Below the pieces are notes generated by a model that was given only the letters and a program-made list of their open reading frames with translations, made no database searches and was not told where the DNA came from. A program made the position numbers and the translations under genes. Positions 39,447 through 50,722 of a DNA stretch of 64,000 nucleotides are shown here, in pieces; the first letter of the stretch is position 1; each line of letters begins with the position of its first letter. Source of the stretch: Azolla caroliniana (lineage: Eukaryota; Plantae; Polypodiophyta); assembly GCA_043228905.1 (NCBI GenBank), contig JBHGNT010000018.1:5766001-5830000 (forward strand), given 5' to 3'.

Positions 39447-40175
39447 TCTTATGTATGCAGCTAGCTGCCTTCAAATGCATGACTTCTCAAGTCGATGCAT
39501 CGATCTTGTCAAGCTTGTCTTTGTCGTATCGCACAGGTAGCCATAAGTCTTTGCATACAAGCATATCTCTCATTTTCAACTTCAAGACTAAGTAGTTGGA
39601 ATTGGTTAGCTTGAACATCCCTACGAGGGATTCATCCATATTTCTACAGCTTGGGGGTTATGAACCTATGCTCTAATACTAGTTTGTAGAGAATATGGGA
39701 ACGACCACAACCGATTATCAAGTATAATGAGGAAAACAATAACCGAAGAAACAAGAAAACAAAAATGCACTGACATTGAGACACATGATTTTAATGTGGA
39801 AAACCTTGAATGGGAAAACCCATGGGAGCCCACAAACTCCAAATAGAATCACTAAGTAGATGAGTATACAAAAGACTCAAACACAACAACCTTGAGCTTG
39901 TCTTCGTCTTACAGATGAATACACGCTCTGTATCGAAGCACTCACTCTCGGTACACTATCACAACAACTCTGTGCATACTACATCATAATGATTGCCATA
40001 GGTGTATTTATACTCATACACAATGTAGGCTATTTACAAATGTAGCCTCTAATCGGCTTCCGGATGCCCTCTAGTCGATCTGGTTCCTCGTCCGGGTGTC
40101 TATTGGATGATCTAACTCCTTGTCTGAATCCAATTGTCATACACATCCCATCCGGAGGGACTTGCTCTCCCAACA

Positions 40176-40455
40176 AAAACCGTCAGAATTGTTAATGTTC
40201 TTGATAAGCCTGGTTTTCTCTTCACCATCATAGCCAGTTATTGAAGTCACAACATATTCCATGTCTGGCATTCGGAGGTCATGAAAATCTAAGCCTATGT
40301 TTGAAGATCCATACGATGAAGAGCACAAGGCCCCATCTCCATAGACTCGATCGAACACCATTGGTTCTAATGTTGCTGCTCTTTCACATACTTCCGCTGC
40401 GTATAATTCCTCAACTTCCTCTCCAAAGGGGGTCACCGTAGTGGTTGCCAAGGAG
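40176..40455 (-). pseudogene. BRCT-domain gene copy, 5' part
   Basis: MEYVVTSITGYDGEEKTRLIKNINNSDGF continues as YVGSLRKGSTTHLVC at 13727 after removal of copia A and one TSD. Confidence 0.78.
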
Positions 40456-40790
40456 TTGAGCATGAGGGGGAAGAGAAACGGAAGCGAGACAAAAATAAAC
40501 GTAGAGAGGGAACTTCTTGTATGATTTCATTCATGCCCCATATGGGGTTCTACAGTTACATGAAGCTCATACATCAATGAGATACATAGGGTTATATACC
40601 CCTCTAGCCATACACACATAACTTACTCACACGCTTTTATATCTACACACATGCATACAAATGTGCATGTGTTCATACACATACGAACATGCTCTAATCA
40701 CTCTTATGCACATTTGCACATACAGTTACAACAAGACTTCATACAAAGACTTTCACACTTATCCATCCATGTACAATCATACAGATAACA
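40455..40790 (+). mobile_element. LTR homologous to 12741-13087
   Basis: gttgagcatgagggggaagag...acagataaca; colinear with the 12741 LTR. Confidence 0.75.
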
Positions 40791-40972
40791 CCGTTCACGA
40801 GCCCATCTGTATAAGAGAAAAGCCACCCTCCTTCTTCGATCTACAATCCATGTTGTTGGTCGAAGAAAACCACAGAAGGGCGATGAGGATAATAGTCAAG
40901 GAGCCTCCATAAGAAGGGGAAGTCATAATGGTGCTACAAGTCGACAAAGTAGGTCAACAAATGGTTGGTATT

Positions 40973-43900
40973 TGTTGGGAAATCGGTCTCTCCGGATGGG
41001 ATCCGGTGATGAATAAAAAGGACTCGGTGAGAACTGGAAGAAATCCGGAAACAAGAGGGAACCCGGTGAGAACCGGAAAAGAAGACATATCTGTAAATAT
41101 GTTTTGAGCAAGCCTATTGAGGCTATATTTGTATATAGCCCTAAGTTCATATAAGTATAAATATGACTTAGGGCAATCACTTTAAAAGGTGTAGTGTGTG
41201 TAGTGGTCATATTGTTGTAACTGTTGTATAGAGAGAGCGACACAGAGAGAGAGTGCGAGATACAAAGAGATACTCTGTTGAAACCGCCGGTTGGCGAAGA
41301 TACAGAGCTTGAGGTCGTTGCCTCCGAGGCTCTAATTGTACCTCTCCACTATAGTGATAGTTGGAGTTCGTGGGCTCCCGTGGTTTTTCCCTATTTGGGT
41401 TTGCCATGTAAACATTTCTGTGTTCTTCATTCTCATAGAAGTGATTCAAGACTCGGTTTTGGCCGAGCAATATTCCGCGCTAATACTCTACAATTGGTAT
41501 CAGAGCGAAAAACACAGGAAATGGAAGAATCGTTTGGCGGCATGTTCAAGCTCACCAGCTCCAACTACTCAGTGTGGAAGTCGAAGATGAGGGATATGCT
41601 GGTGGTCAAAGATTTTTGGTTGTCGGTTCAGTTCGGGGACAAGAGATTGGATAAGATCGATGCCGCGACATGGAAGGTGATGTACATGAAGACGACGGCG
41701 TATATTCGGTGCTTCATCGACATGAGTATGTACAACAATTTCAATGAAGAGAGCAAGGCTCATGAACTCTGGGAGAAGATCGGCATCATGTTCTAGAACA
41801 AGAATGTTGTCAATCCGGTTTTGGTATTCTGGAAGTTAGTGAGGCTCCAGTACCAGGACGGCTCCAGTGTGGCGGAGCACATGAATGCCTTCCAGGGGCT
41901 GATACATCAAGCAACCTCGTTGGAAGTACCTCTCGCCGATGAGGTACTCGCATTGCTCTTGCTCGTTTCCCTCCCGGATAGCTGGGAGACGTTAGTTTTC
42001 ATGCTAGGCAACGCCGGGCCAGAAGGAAAACAGTTGTCCCTAGAAAGGGTAAAATCAAGCTTGCTAGATGAAGAAGCTCGACGAAAGGACCGGGAGTCTG
42101 GAACCGATCCGAAGGCCTTGGTCACGGAAGATGACCACAACCGGGGAAGAGGCCGGTATCGGAGTCCCCAACACCGGGACAAATCGGGGACAAGGTCGAA
42201 GTCAAGGGGGAGGCCCACATGCTTCTATTGCGGGAAGCCGGGACACTTCTAGAAGAACTGTCGACATTTCCGAAAAGAAAAAGAAACCGGCACCACCGAT
42301 TCGAAGAAAAGTTTGGACCGAAATAGTTCAGACCAGAGATGCCCAGATCGGAAAGGAACGTCGGAGATCGCAACAAGTGAAGAAGAACTGATGCTCATCA
42401 CCAAAGAGAATGAGTTAAAGCTTGTCGGCGATGAGACAACGTGGATTGTCGATTCCGGAGCATCGTTCCACCTGACACCGGACCGGAGATGCTTCTCATC
42501 CTACACAACTAGTGATCATGGTTGTGTCCGGATGGGGAATGAAGTGACATGCCGAATTATCGGCATAGTGTCAAGACTGAGAGAGAGAAAGAGAGAGAAA
42601 GAGAGAGAAAGAGAGATAGAGAGATAATTGAACGAGAATTATTATATTGAAGTGTAAAATGGATTACAAAGAGTAGGCTACAAAATGGCGTTGAACCAAT
42701 TTAGGTTTGGGATGGGTGGTAGATCCCTATTTATAAGTAATAGAGAACACTCTAGAATATTCTAGGTTATCCTAGAATGTAGAGTAATCTAGAAGATCTC
42801 TAGAGTATTCTAGAAGGTTCTAGTGATATAGAACACTCTAGAATATTCTAGGTCATTCTAGAATGTAGAGTAATATAGAATATTCCTATGATATTAGATT
42901 TCCTATTCTAAAAACTATACATATAAGAATATTAATACAATGGCTAAGGATTTGACATGTGTACAACAAGGTTGTGGGTTCAAATCCTTTCGAGTCATAA
43001 TGTGAGTGTCATGATCCTTTCGATGCATGATGTGAGTGTTATCATGACACTATCCCCCTTCTTCGACGACACGGGTCGTAGGGTTTGTATTAGGACCTGG
43101 TTTATAAGGATATTGGCGATGAAATGCATTGACGAGTTCTGCAGCATTGGAAAGATTTGTGACAGGTTCCCAAGTTCGATCATTGGGGGTATAGCCTAGC
43201 CAATCGACTAGCTAATATAGCTTGTTGTGCACGATTTTAGAATCGAGAATGGCAGCAACTTGAAATTCAGGCCCGTCCAAGAACTCGACAGGTGGGGGGG
43301 GTGTCGTAAGACGGCCCGGAATTGAACTTGTAGTATAAGGTTCCAAAAGGGATACATGAAACACCGGATGAAGATGCATGTGTAGAGGGAGGTCAAGACA
43401 AAATGCATCACTTATCTTACCAGTGATCATGTAAGGGCCAAAACGTTGGTAATCCAATTTACTACAAGGTCGAGTGGTCTTGATGTTGTGTTGGAGAAGC
43501 CATACATGATCCCCAATGCGGAACTTTTTTTAGGAGTCTAGAAGATGACGATCAGCAAGCCTCTTGTGTGTAAATTGAGCATCGTGCAAATTGTGGAGAA
43601 TGTTAGCTTGAATTTCTTGGAGGCGACTAAGACGATCCTTGGCAGCAAGGTTGGTAGGAACGTCTGGATGCACATTCATCGTCCACCGAGGATGATAGCC
43701 CGTATTTGCGAAAAATGGGGAATATCCTGTAGAAGAATGGGTTGAGTTGTTGTAAGCGAATTTCGCCAGGTGCAAAAAATCAACCCAATCATCTTGTTGA
43801 TAATTGATGAAACAACGAATATATTGTTCTGATGTCTAGTTGGTACGCTCAGTTTGGCCATTTGTTTCGGGATGCTAGCCCAAAGAAAGCTTAACTGAAA

Positions 43901-46900
43901 TGTGGAGAAGTTTGAACATGTGTTTCCAAAACTTTGAGATGAATTGTGGACCACGATCACTAATTATATCATCCGGCAAACCATGATGCTTAAATACCTC
44001 CCACATAACAAGATCAACCGCCTCTTGACTAGTAATCGACTTTGTACATGGAAAGAAATGTGCCATTTTGGTAAATAGATTAACCATTGTGAGAATTGCA
44101 TCAAAACCTTTTGAATTTGGGATATCAGTAATGAAGTCCAAGGATATAGACTTCCAAGGAGTTTCCGGAATGGGAAGTGGTTGTAGTAAGCCATAGGATC
44201 GGTGACGAGAATTCTTTGATCAACAACATATATCACAGCTCCGAACATACTCCTCAACAAAATGACGAAGGTGAGGCCACCAATAGCGTCGAGAAATTAA
44301 TTCTAGAGTCTTGCGAACTCCAAAATGACCAGCCATTGGTGAGTGATGGCCATGTTGTAAAACTTGTAGCCATGGGGGACCACCAGGAACATACAATAGA
44401 TTTTGTCGAAATAGAAAACCACCATGCCAATAGAACTGACAATAGTCATTACGAGGATTGTTCGACCGTGAGCAAGAAGCACGATCCGGGCTGATATGAT
44501 CCAAAACATCCTTGGCGAAATCATCAGTGGCCATATGATCTCGAATGGAATCAAGAAGAGTGGAATTTTGAAGATTTGTTATGGTATTCTAGAAGGTTCT
44601 AGTGGTATAGAACACTCTAGAATATTCTAGGTCATTCTAGAATGTAGAGTAATATAGAATATTCCTATGATATTAGATTTCATATTCTAAAAACTATACA
44701 TATAAGAATGTTAATACAATGGTTAAGGATTTGACATGTGTACAACAAGGTCGTGGGTTCAAATCCTTTCGATTCATAATGTGAGTTTCATGATCCTTTC
44801 GATGCATGATGTGAGTGTTATCATGACACATAGGAGATGTGATGTTGACGACATTAACCGGATGCAAGGTACTGCTTAAGGATGTCTGACACGTTCTGAA
44901 GGTTCGACTGAACTTGATATCAGCCTGCCTGCTAGAGGATGAAGGCTACACGGGTAGCATTCGGAACGGAGTTATGAAGATTAGCAAAGGGAGTCTAATA
45001 TTGGCTCGGGCCCATAAGATCAACACATTGTACTTGATGAATGCCCAGATATGTCGAGAAGAAGTGAATGAAGCATTCCACACTGCCGGTGAGCTATGGC
45101 ACAAAAGACTGTATCACATGAGTGAGAAGGGGATAAAGAGTCTTGCCGAAGACAACTTCATTCCAGTGAAGGAAATGCAGCTTGAGAAGTGTACCGATTG
45201 CTTGGCTGGCAAGCAAAACCGAACCTCCTTCCGATCAAGGCCACCGATGAGACGGAATGCACTATTGGAGCTGATGTGTACCGATGTGTGTTAAGTGGAC
45301 ACGAAGTCACATGCCGGAGTGTAATACTTCGTGACGTTTATAGACAACCACAACCAGAAGCTGTAGGTCTCACCGTTGAAGACGAAGGACTAGGTGCTAT
45401 CCATCTTCAAGGAACTCCATGCGAGAGTGGAAAGAGAAACCGACTAGAAGTTGAAGGCGGTTCGAGCAGATAACTGACGAGAATATCGGGGGCAGTTTGA
45501 GGAGAACTACCGGTCGAAGGGAATCTAGCTCGAATTCACAGTGCCGAAGACACCCGAATTGAACGGGTTGGCTGAACGGATGAACCGGACCATAATGGAG
45601 AGAGTCTGGAGCATGCCAGCACATGCAAAGTTACCCAAGACGTTTTGGGCTAAGGCATTGACGACAGCGACTTATGTGATAAATAGATCACCCTCAGTAC
45701 CCTTGGAAGGAGACTCACCTCAGAAAGTATGGACCGGTAAAGATGTATCTTACCGACATCTGAAGGTGTTCGGGTGTCTTGCATACGTGCATGTGGCGAA
45801 GGAAAAGAGAGCTAAGCTAGATCCGAAGTCCCGTCCATGCATATTCCTTGGATACAGCGATGATGAGTTCAATTACCGGGTGTGGGATCTGGTCGACAAA
45901 AAGGTGTTTCGGAGTCGTGACATAATGTTCATGGAAGACAAGACCATTGCCGATTGGGAGTCGGAGAAGAAGGTGACGAACTCCGGATCATCCAATGAAA
46001 ACTAGCTTGCGGACAAAAGGATATACCCGGATGAAAACCGGATGATGCTCGACGAACCAGCCGATTACGGACAAGAAACTGAACCGACCGAAGAAGAAGA
46101 AGAAGGAGACACTGGAACCAGACAAGATCCCGAATCGGATGAGGATGAAGAACAGACGGAGGAACCAGTACTCAGAAACCAAGGACGGAGATATCCTCTC
46201 CGAGAGAGAAGAGCCCCCTGGAGATTTCCGGATGCAGAGCATGTGTTCCTAACCGATGAGGGAGAGCCGAAAAGCTTCAAAGAAGCAAAGAGAGACACGC
46301 ACAGCCGCAAGTGGTTGAGTGTCATGTAGGATGAGATGGATTCCCTACATGAGAACCACACATATGAACTAATGGAGTTGCTGAAAGGGAAGAGAGTACT
46401 CCGGAACAAGTGGGTGTACAAGCTGAAACCGGGAGATGCCGGAAACCCACCGAGATACAAAGCCTGGATCGTGGCGAAGGGTTTCCAACAACAGAAGGGA
46501 GTAGATTTCGACGAGATCTTTGCCCCCGTAGTAAAGATGACATCCATCCAAACAATATTGGGCATAACGGCAAGTATGGACCTCGAGGTAGAGCAACTGG
46601 ACGTGAAGACGGCATTCCTCCATGGTGACCTCGAAGAGGAGATCTACATGCATCAACCAGAAGGATTTGAGAAGAAAGGAAAGGAGCACCTGGTGTGCCA
46701 GCTGAAGAAGAGCCTATACGGACTGAAGCAAGCTCCCTGGCAATGGTATCGGAAGTTCGACTCCTTCATGATCGACCAAGGGTACCACAAGACGTAGGCT
46801 GATCACTGCATGTTTGTGAAGAAATTTGACGAAGGAGACTTCTTGATACTCCTCCTATATGTGGATGATATGATGATCGTCGGACGAGACCAAGACAAGA

Positions 46901-48367
46901 TTCAGATGCTGAAGAAGGCTCTGAACCGGACCTTCTCAATGAAAGACTTGGGTTCGGCAAGAAAGATATTGGGAATGCACATCATCTGAAACCGGTCGAA
47001 GAAGCTGTTGTGGTTGTCATATGAGAAGTATGTGACAAAGGTGCTTCAACGGTTCAACATGTCAGACGCGAAACTGGTCGGATCAACGCTTCCGGGAAAC
47101 TGCAAGCTATCCAAAAAACAAAGGTCGAGGACAAAGGCAGAGAAAATGGATATGATGAAGATTCCATATGCCTCTACCGTTGGAAGCTTGATGTATGTGA
47201 TTGTATGTACCCGGCCGGATATCGGATATGCAGTTGGAGTGGTAAACCGGTTCATGAGCAATCCCGGAAGAGAGCATTGGAACGCAGTCAAGTGGATACT
47301 CCAGTATTTGAAGGACACCACGAGTATGTGCCTCTGGTTCGGCTCCAATAATCCCCAACTTGGCGGATTCACAAATTCAAATATGTCGGCTGATGCGGAT
47401 ACCAGCCGGTCTACATCCGGATATGTCATGACCTATGCAGGAGGAGCTGTCTCTTGGTAGTCGAGGCTGCAGAAGACGGTTGCGTTGTCAACCACGGAGG
47501 CGGAGTACATGGCAGTTGTAGAAGCCGGCAAGGAGATAATATGGATGAAGGACTTCATCGGAGAGCTAGGAATCCAACAGGAGGAATACCGACTCTACTA
47601 CGACAGTCAAAGTGCCATCCACCTTGCAAAGAACATAGCCTACAATTCCCGAACGAAACATATCCAACGGAGATACCACTAGATCCGGGAGAGAGCAGAA
47701 GATCAAGAGTTTGTGTTGACGAAGATCCACACGAAGGAGAACGGGTTGGACATGCTGACCAAGGTGCTGACAACTGACAAGTTGGACGCGTGCTGAACGC
47801 GGATCGGGCTGACGAGACATCCCATGCCGGAGTGAAGGGGGAGATTGTTGGGAAATTGGTCTCTCCGGATGGGATCCGGTGATGAATAAAAAGGAGCTGG
47901 TGAGAGCTGGAAGAGATCCAGGAACAAGAGGGGACCGGTGAGAACCGGAAAAGAAGACATATCTATAAATATGTTTTTGAGCAAGCCTATTGAGGCTATA
48001 TTTGTAAATAGCCCTAAGTTCATATAAGTATAAATATGACTTAGGGCAATCACTTTAAAAGGTGTAGAGTGTGTAGTGGTCATACTGTTGTAACTGTTGT
48101 ATAGAGATAGCGACAGAGAGAGAGAGTGTGTGAGATACAAAGAGATACTCTGTTGTAACCGTCGGTTGGTGATGATGCAGAGCTCGAGGTCATTGCCTCC
48201 GAGGCTGTAATTGTACCTCTCCACTATAGTGATAGTTGGAGTCCGTGGGCTCCCATGGTTTTTCCCTATTTGGGTTTTCCACATAAACATTTCTGTGTTC
48301 TTCATTCTCATAGAAGTGATTCAAGACTCGGTTGTGACCGAGCAATATTCCGCGCTAATACTCTACA
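40973..48367 (+). mobile_element. Full-length (decayed) Ty1/copia element C; LTRs 40973-41492 and 47846-48367
   Basis: TG..CA LTRs, PBS TGGTATCAGAGC 41495-41506, PPT GAAGGGGGAGA, TSD GTATT; gag CFYCGKPGH, WIVDSGASFH, integrase, RT YVDD, RNase H with many stops. Confidence 0.93.
42569..44828 (-). mobile_element. Internally deleted chromovirus nested in copia C: 3' LTR 42569-43049, integrase-chromodomain, partial 5' LTR ~44583-44828
   Basis: TSD CATAG (42564-42568, 44829-44833); near-identical LTR portions; GHFGVRKTLELISRRYWWP, MDFITD, GPYMI, chromodomain. Confidence 0.9.
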
Positions 48368-48775
48368 GTATTGTTGTAAGAAGGGCCACCGAGAAGAAGA
48401 TTGCTAGAAGAAGCAGGCTGATTTGGGCAGGAATGAGTCAAAAAGCCGACAGAGATCTCATTAAGCCTGCAACACAGGATGTTCGCTAAGTGATCCCACA
48501 TTTGTATTGAAGCATTGTTCAAATTCCATGGAAGCAAGCACCTCTAAGCAAGAAGAGGTGTGGTACTTCGACTTCGGTGCCTCTAATCATATGAAGAACC
48601 ATGAAGAATGGTTCACGAGCTTACAGGAGCCTGAATAGTTGGGATACGACACAATCCACACCATCGAGCACATAGGAGATGTATCTCTGAGCCATGTCGG
48701 CCAAAGGGGTTGCATGAAGAATGTCTTTCATGTGCCACCGATCACTAAGAACCTGGTGTCAGTTGGCCAAATCAA

Positions 48776-50722
48776 TCATCTTTCTCCAAATCTCCATGCA
48801 AAAAAGCAGTTTTGACATCCAACTTCTCCACTTCTAGATCCACGCTAGCGGCTATGCTCAACACCATCCTTATGGATGTCATTTTTACAACCCGGGCACA
48901 TATTTCATCGAAGTCCACACCCTTTTTCTACTAAAAGCCCTCCACCACAATGCGGACTTTGAATCGGGGTAGATTTCCACCTTCTCCTAGCTTCAATTTG
49001 TAGACCCACTTATTCTAGAGTGCCTTCTTACTTTCTGGTAACTCAGTCAACTCGTACGTGTGGTTCTCATACAAGGAATTCATCTCGACTTGCATGACAT
49101 GTAACCACTCTTTGTTGTGGGCATCTCTCTTAGTTTCCTCGAAGCTTTCTGGATTCCCCTCATCGGTTAAGAGAACATATTCTTTTTCCAAAAATCTACA
49201 CGGGGACCTTTTGTCTCTCAATGGGTATCTCCTGCCTTGGTTCTCATCAGTTGGCTCTACATCATTCTCTTTTACCGGTGTCGTGAAGTTATTGCTTCAT
49301 GATGTCAAAACAATGTCAAAAATCTATAGAAAGAAATTTTCTATATGGAGCTTGTGACGAGGAACATGTGCAAATTTTCGGTTCGTGAATTGGAGTTTAG
49401 GAGCCCAAGATACAAGCTTCAGAAGGATTAATGTTACTTGGGACACAAATATAATTATGTCAAAAGGGGGAGTCAAAATTAAATGAGGGCTATTTCTATA
49501 ATTTCTCAAATGTACAACTACAAAATCAAATTTGTAGAATCAATAAATAAAATAATAGTAAATAAAAATAAATAAATCAAATAAAAAAATACCAACCACC
49601 TACATGAGGTGGTTTGTCAACCGCCTCAAAAAGGTGGTAGGGTGGTTGACCACCCTATATAAGCCCCGCCCATGGTGGCTAAAGGGGAGGAAGGGGAAGA
49701 AGGAGAAGATGAAGAAGGAAAAGCGAGTCAAGAAGCTCGCGTGGTTGTGGGATGCAAAGCTCGCCAAAGAAGATGGTGGCCTGCATAAATGAAGACAATC
49801 GTTAAAGAAAAGAAAAGAAATACAAGAAAAGGAAGAGGGTGAAGTGGTGGGTCTCAAATGCCTCCTTGTAAACAAAAGGTCATGAGTTTGAATCCTTTTA
49901 GAACAATTGATGATTCTTTTGGTAATCAAATTTAGTATGTATAAAGTGAAAGAGAAAGACAAACAAATAGAAACCAAAGAGATTGAAGTGATCTATCTCA
50001 AATGCTTCTTCTCAAATAAGGTTCGTGAGTTCAAGTCTTGCCAAGTAACTTTTGGCAAATAAATATTGTAAGTGGTTGTTTTACAAATAAAATTCTTTTC
50101 GCGTCTTGCCTTCTCGGCTTCTTGTCATCGCACCATCTGCAATTACGCCTTGTCACCCCGATCATCCCTGAGTCAAAGAACCCCGGCGGTTGTGACACAC
50201 AACCACAATCTTCTCGACACAGGCTCCGAGTTCGAGTCCAATTTGGATCCCTATCCAGTCGGTTGCCTTCCAGACGATCCGGATCCAACTTCTAGATGCC
50301 TTTCAGGCAATCTTGCTTGTCCATTATGTTCTTCGGCTAACATCCGGCTTTCGGCCAGCTGGGTGTGTATATCATCCGATTGTTCTCTTCCGGTCGGTTA
50401 GGAGGATGTTCCCGTCTTCTCCGTCTCCCAATCGGCAATAGTCTTTTCTTCCATGAAGACTATATCCCGACTCTTGATGACCTTCTTGTCAATTAGGTCC
50501 CACAGTCGGTAATCGAATTCATCTTCATCGTACCCCAAGAAAATAAATGGTCGGCTTTTAGGATACAATTTTCCTCTCTGATCCTTGGCAACATGCACAT
50601 ATGATAAGCAACCAAATACCCTTAGATGCCGGTATGACACATCTTTGCCCGTGCACACCCTCTGTGGGACATCAACATCTAATGGGACCGAGGGAGACCT
50701 GTTTATGACGTGAACAACTGTC
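48776..50722 (-). pseudogene. Ty1/copia integrase-RT fragment of the A/C family
   Basis: VINRSPSVPLD..YRHLRVFGC..FLGY; LTDEGNPESFEE..YENHTYELTELP. Confidence 0.8.
49279..50219 (+). mobile_element. Solo LTR (~940 bp) inserted in the copia fragment
   Basis: TGTCGTGAAG...CTTCTCGACA termini; flanks ccgg/cagg; host copia sequence is colinear across it. Confidence 0.7.

Larger units (their letters stand above)
13737..40175 (-). mobile_element. Ty1/copia element A, host to multiple nested insertions; 5' LTR 39685-40175, 3' LTR 13737-14231
   Basis: Homologous LTRs, degenerate PBS (gctctaatacta 39670-39681), PPT at ~14233-14243, TSD AAAAC at 13728-13732 and 40176-40180; RNase H 14280-14572, RT 16370-17500, integrase 18050-18826 and 31163-31352, gag start 39447-39650. 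Confidence 0.85.
40791..48775 (+). pseudogene. Copia gag-protease fragment (40791-40972 and 48368-48775) split by copia C
   Basis: REKPPSFFDLQSMLLVEENH; CWY|CCKKGHREEDC knuckle across the GTATT TSD; WYFDFGASNHM. Confidence 0.7.
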
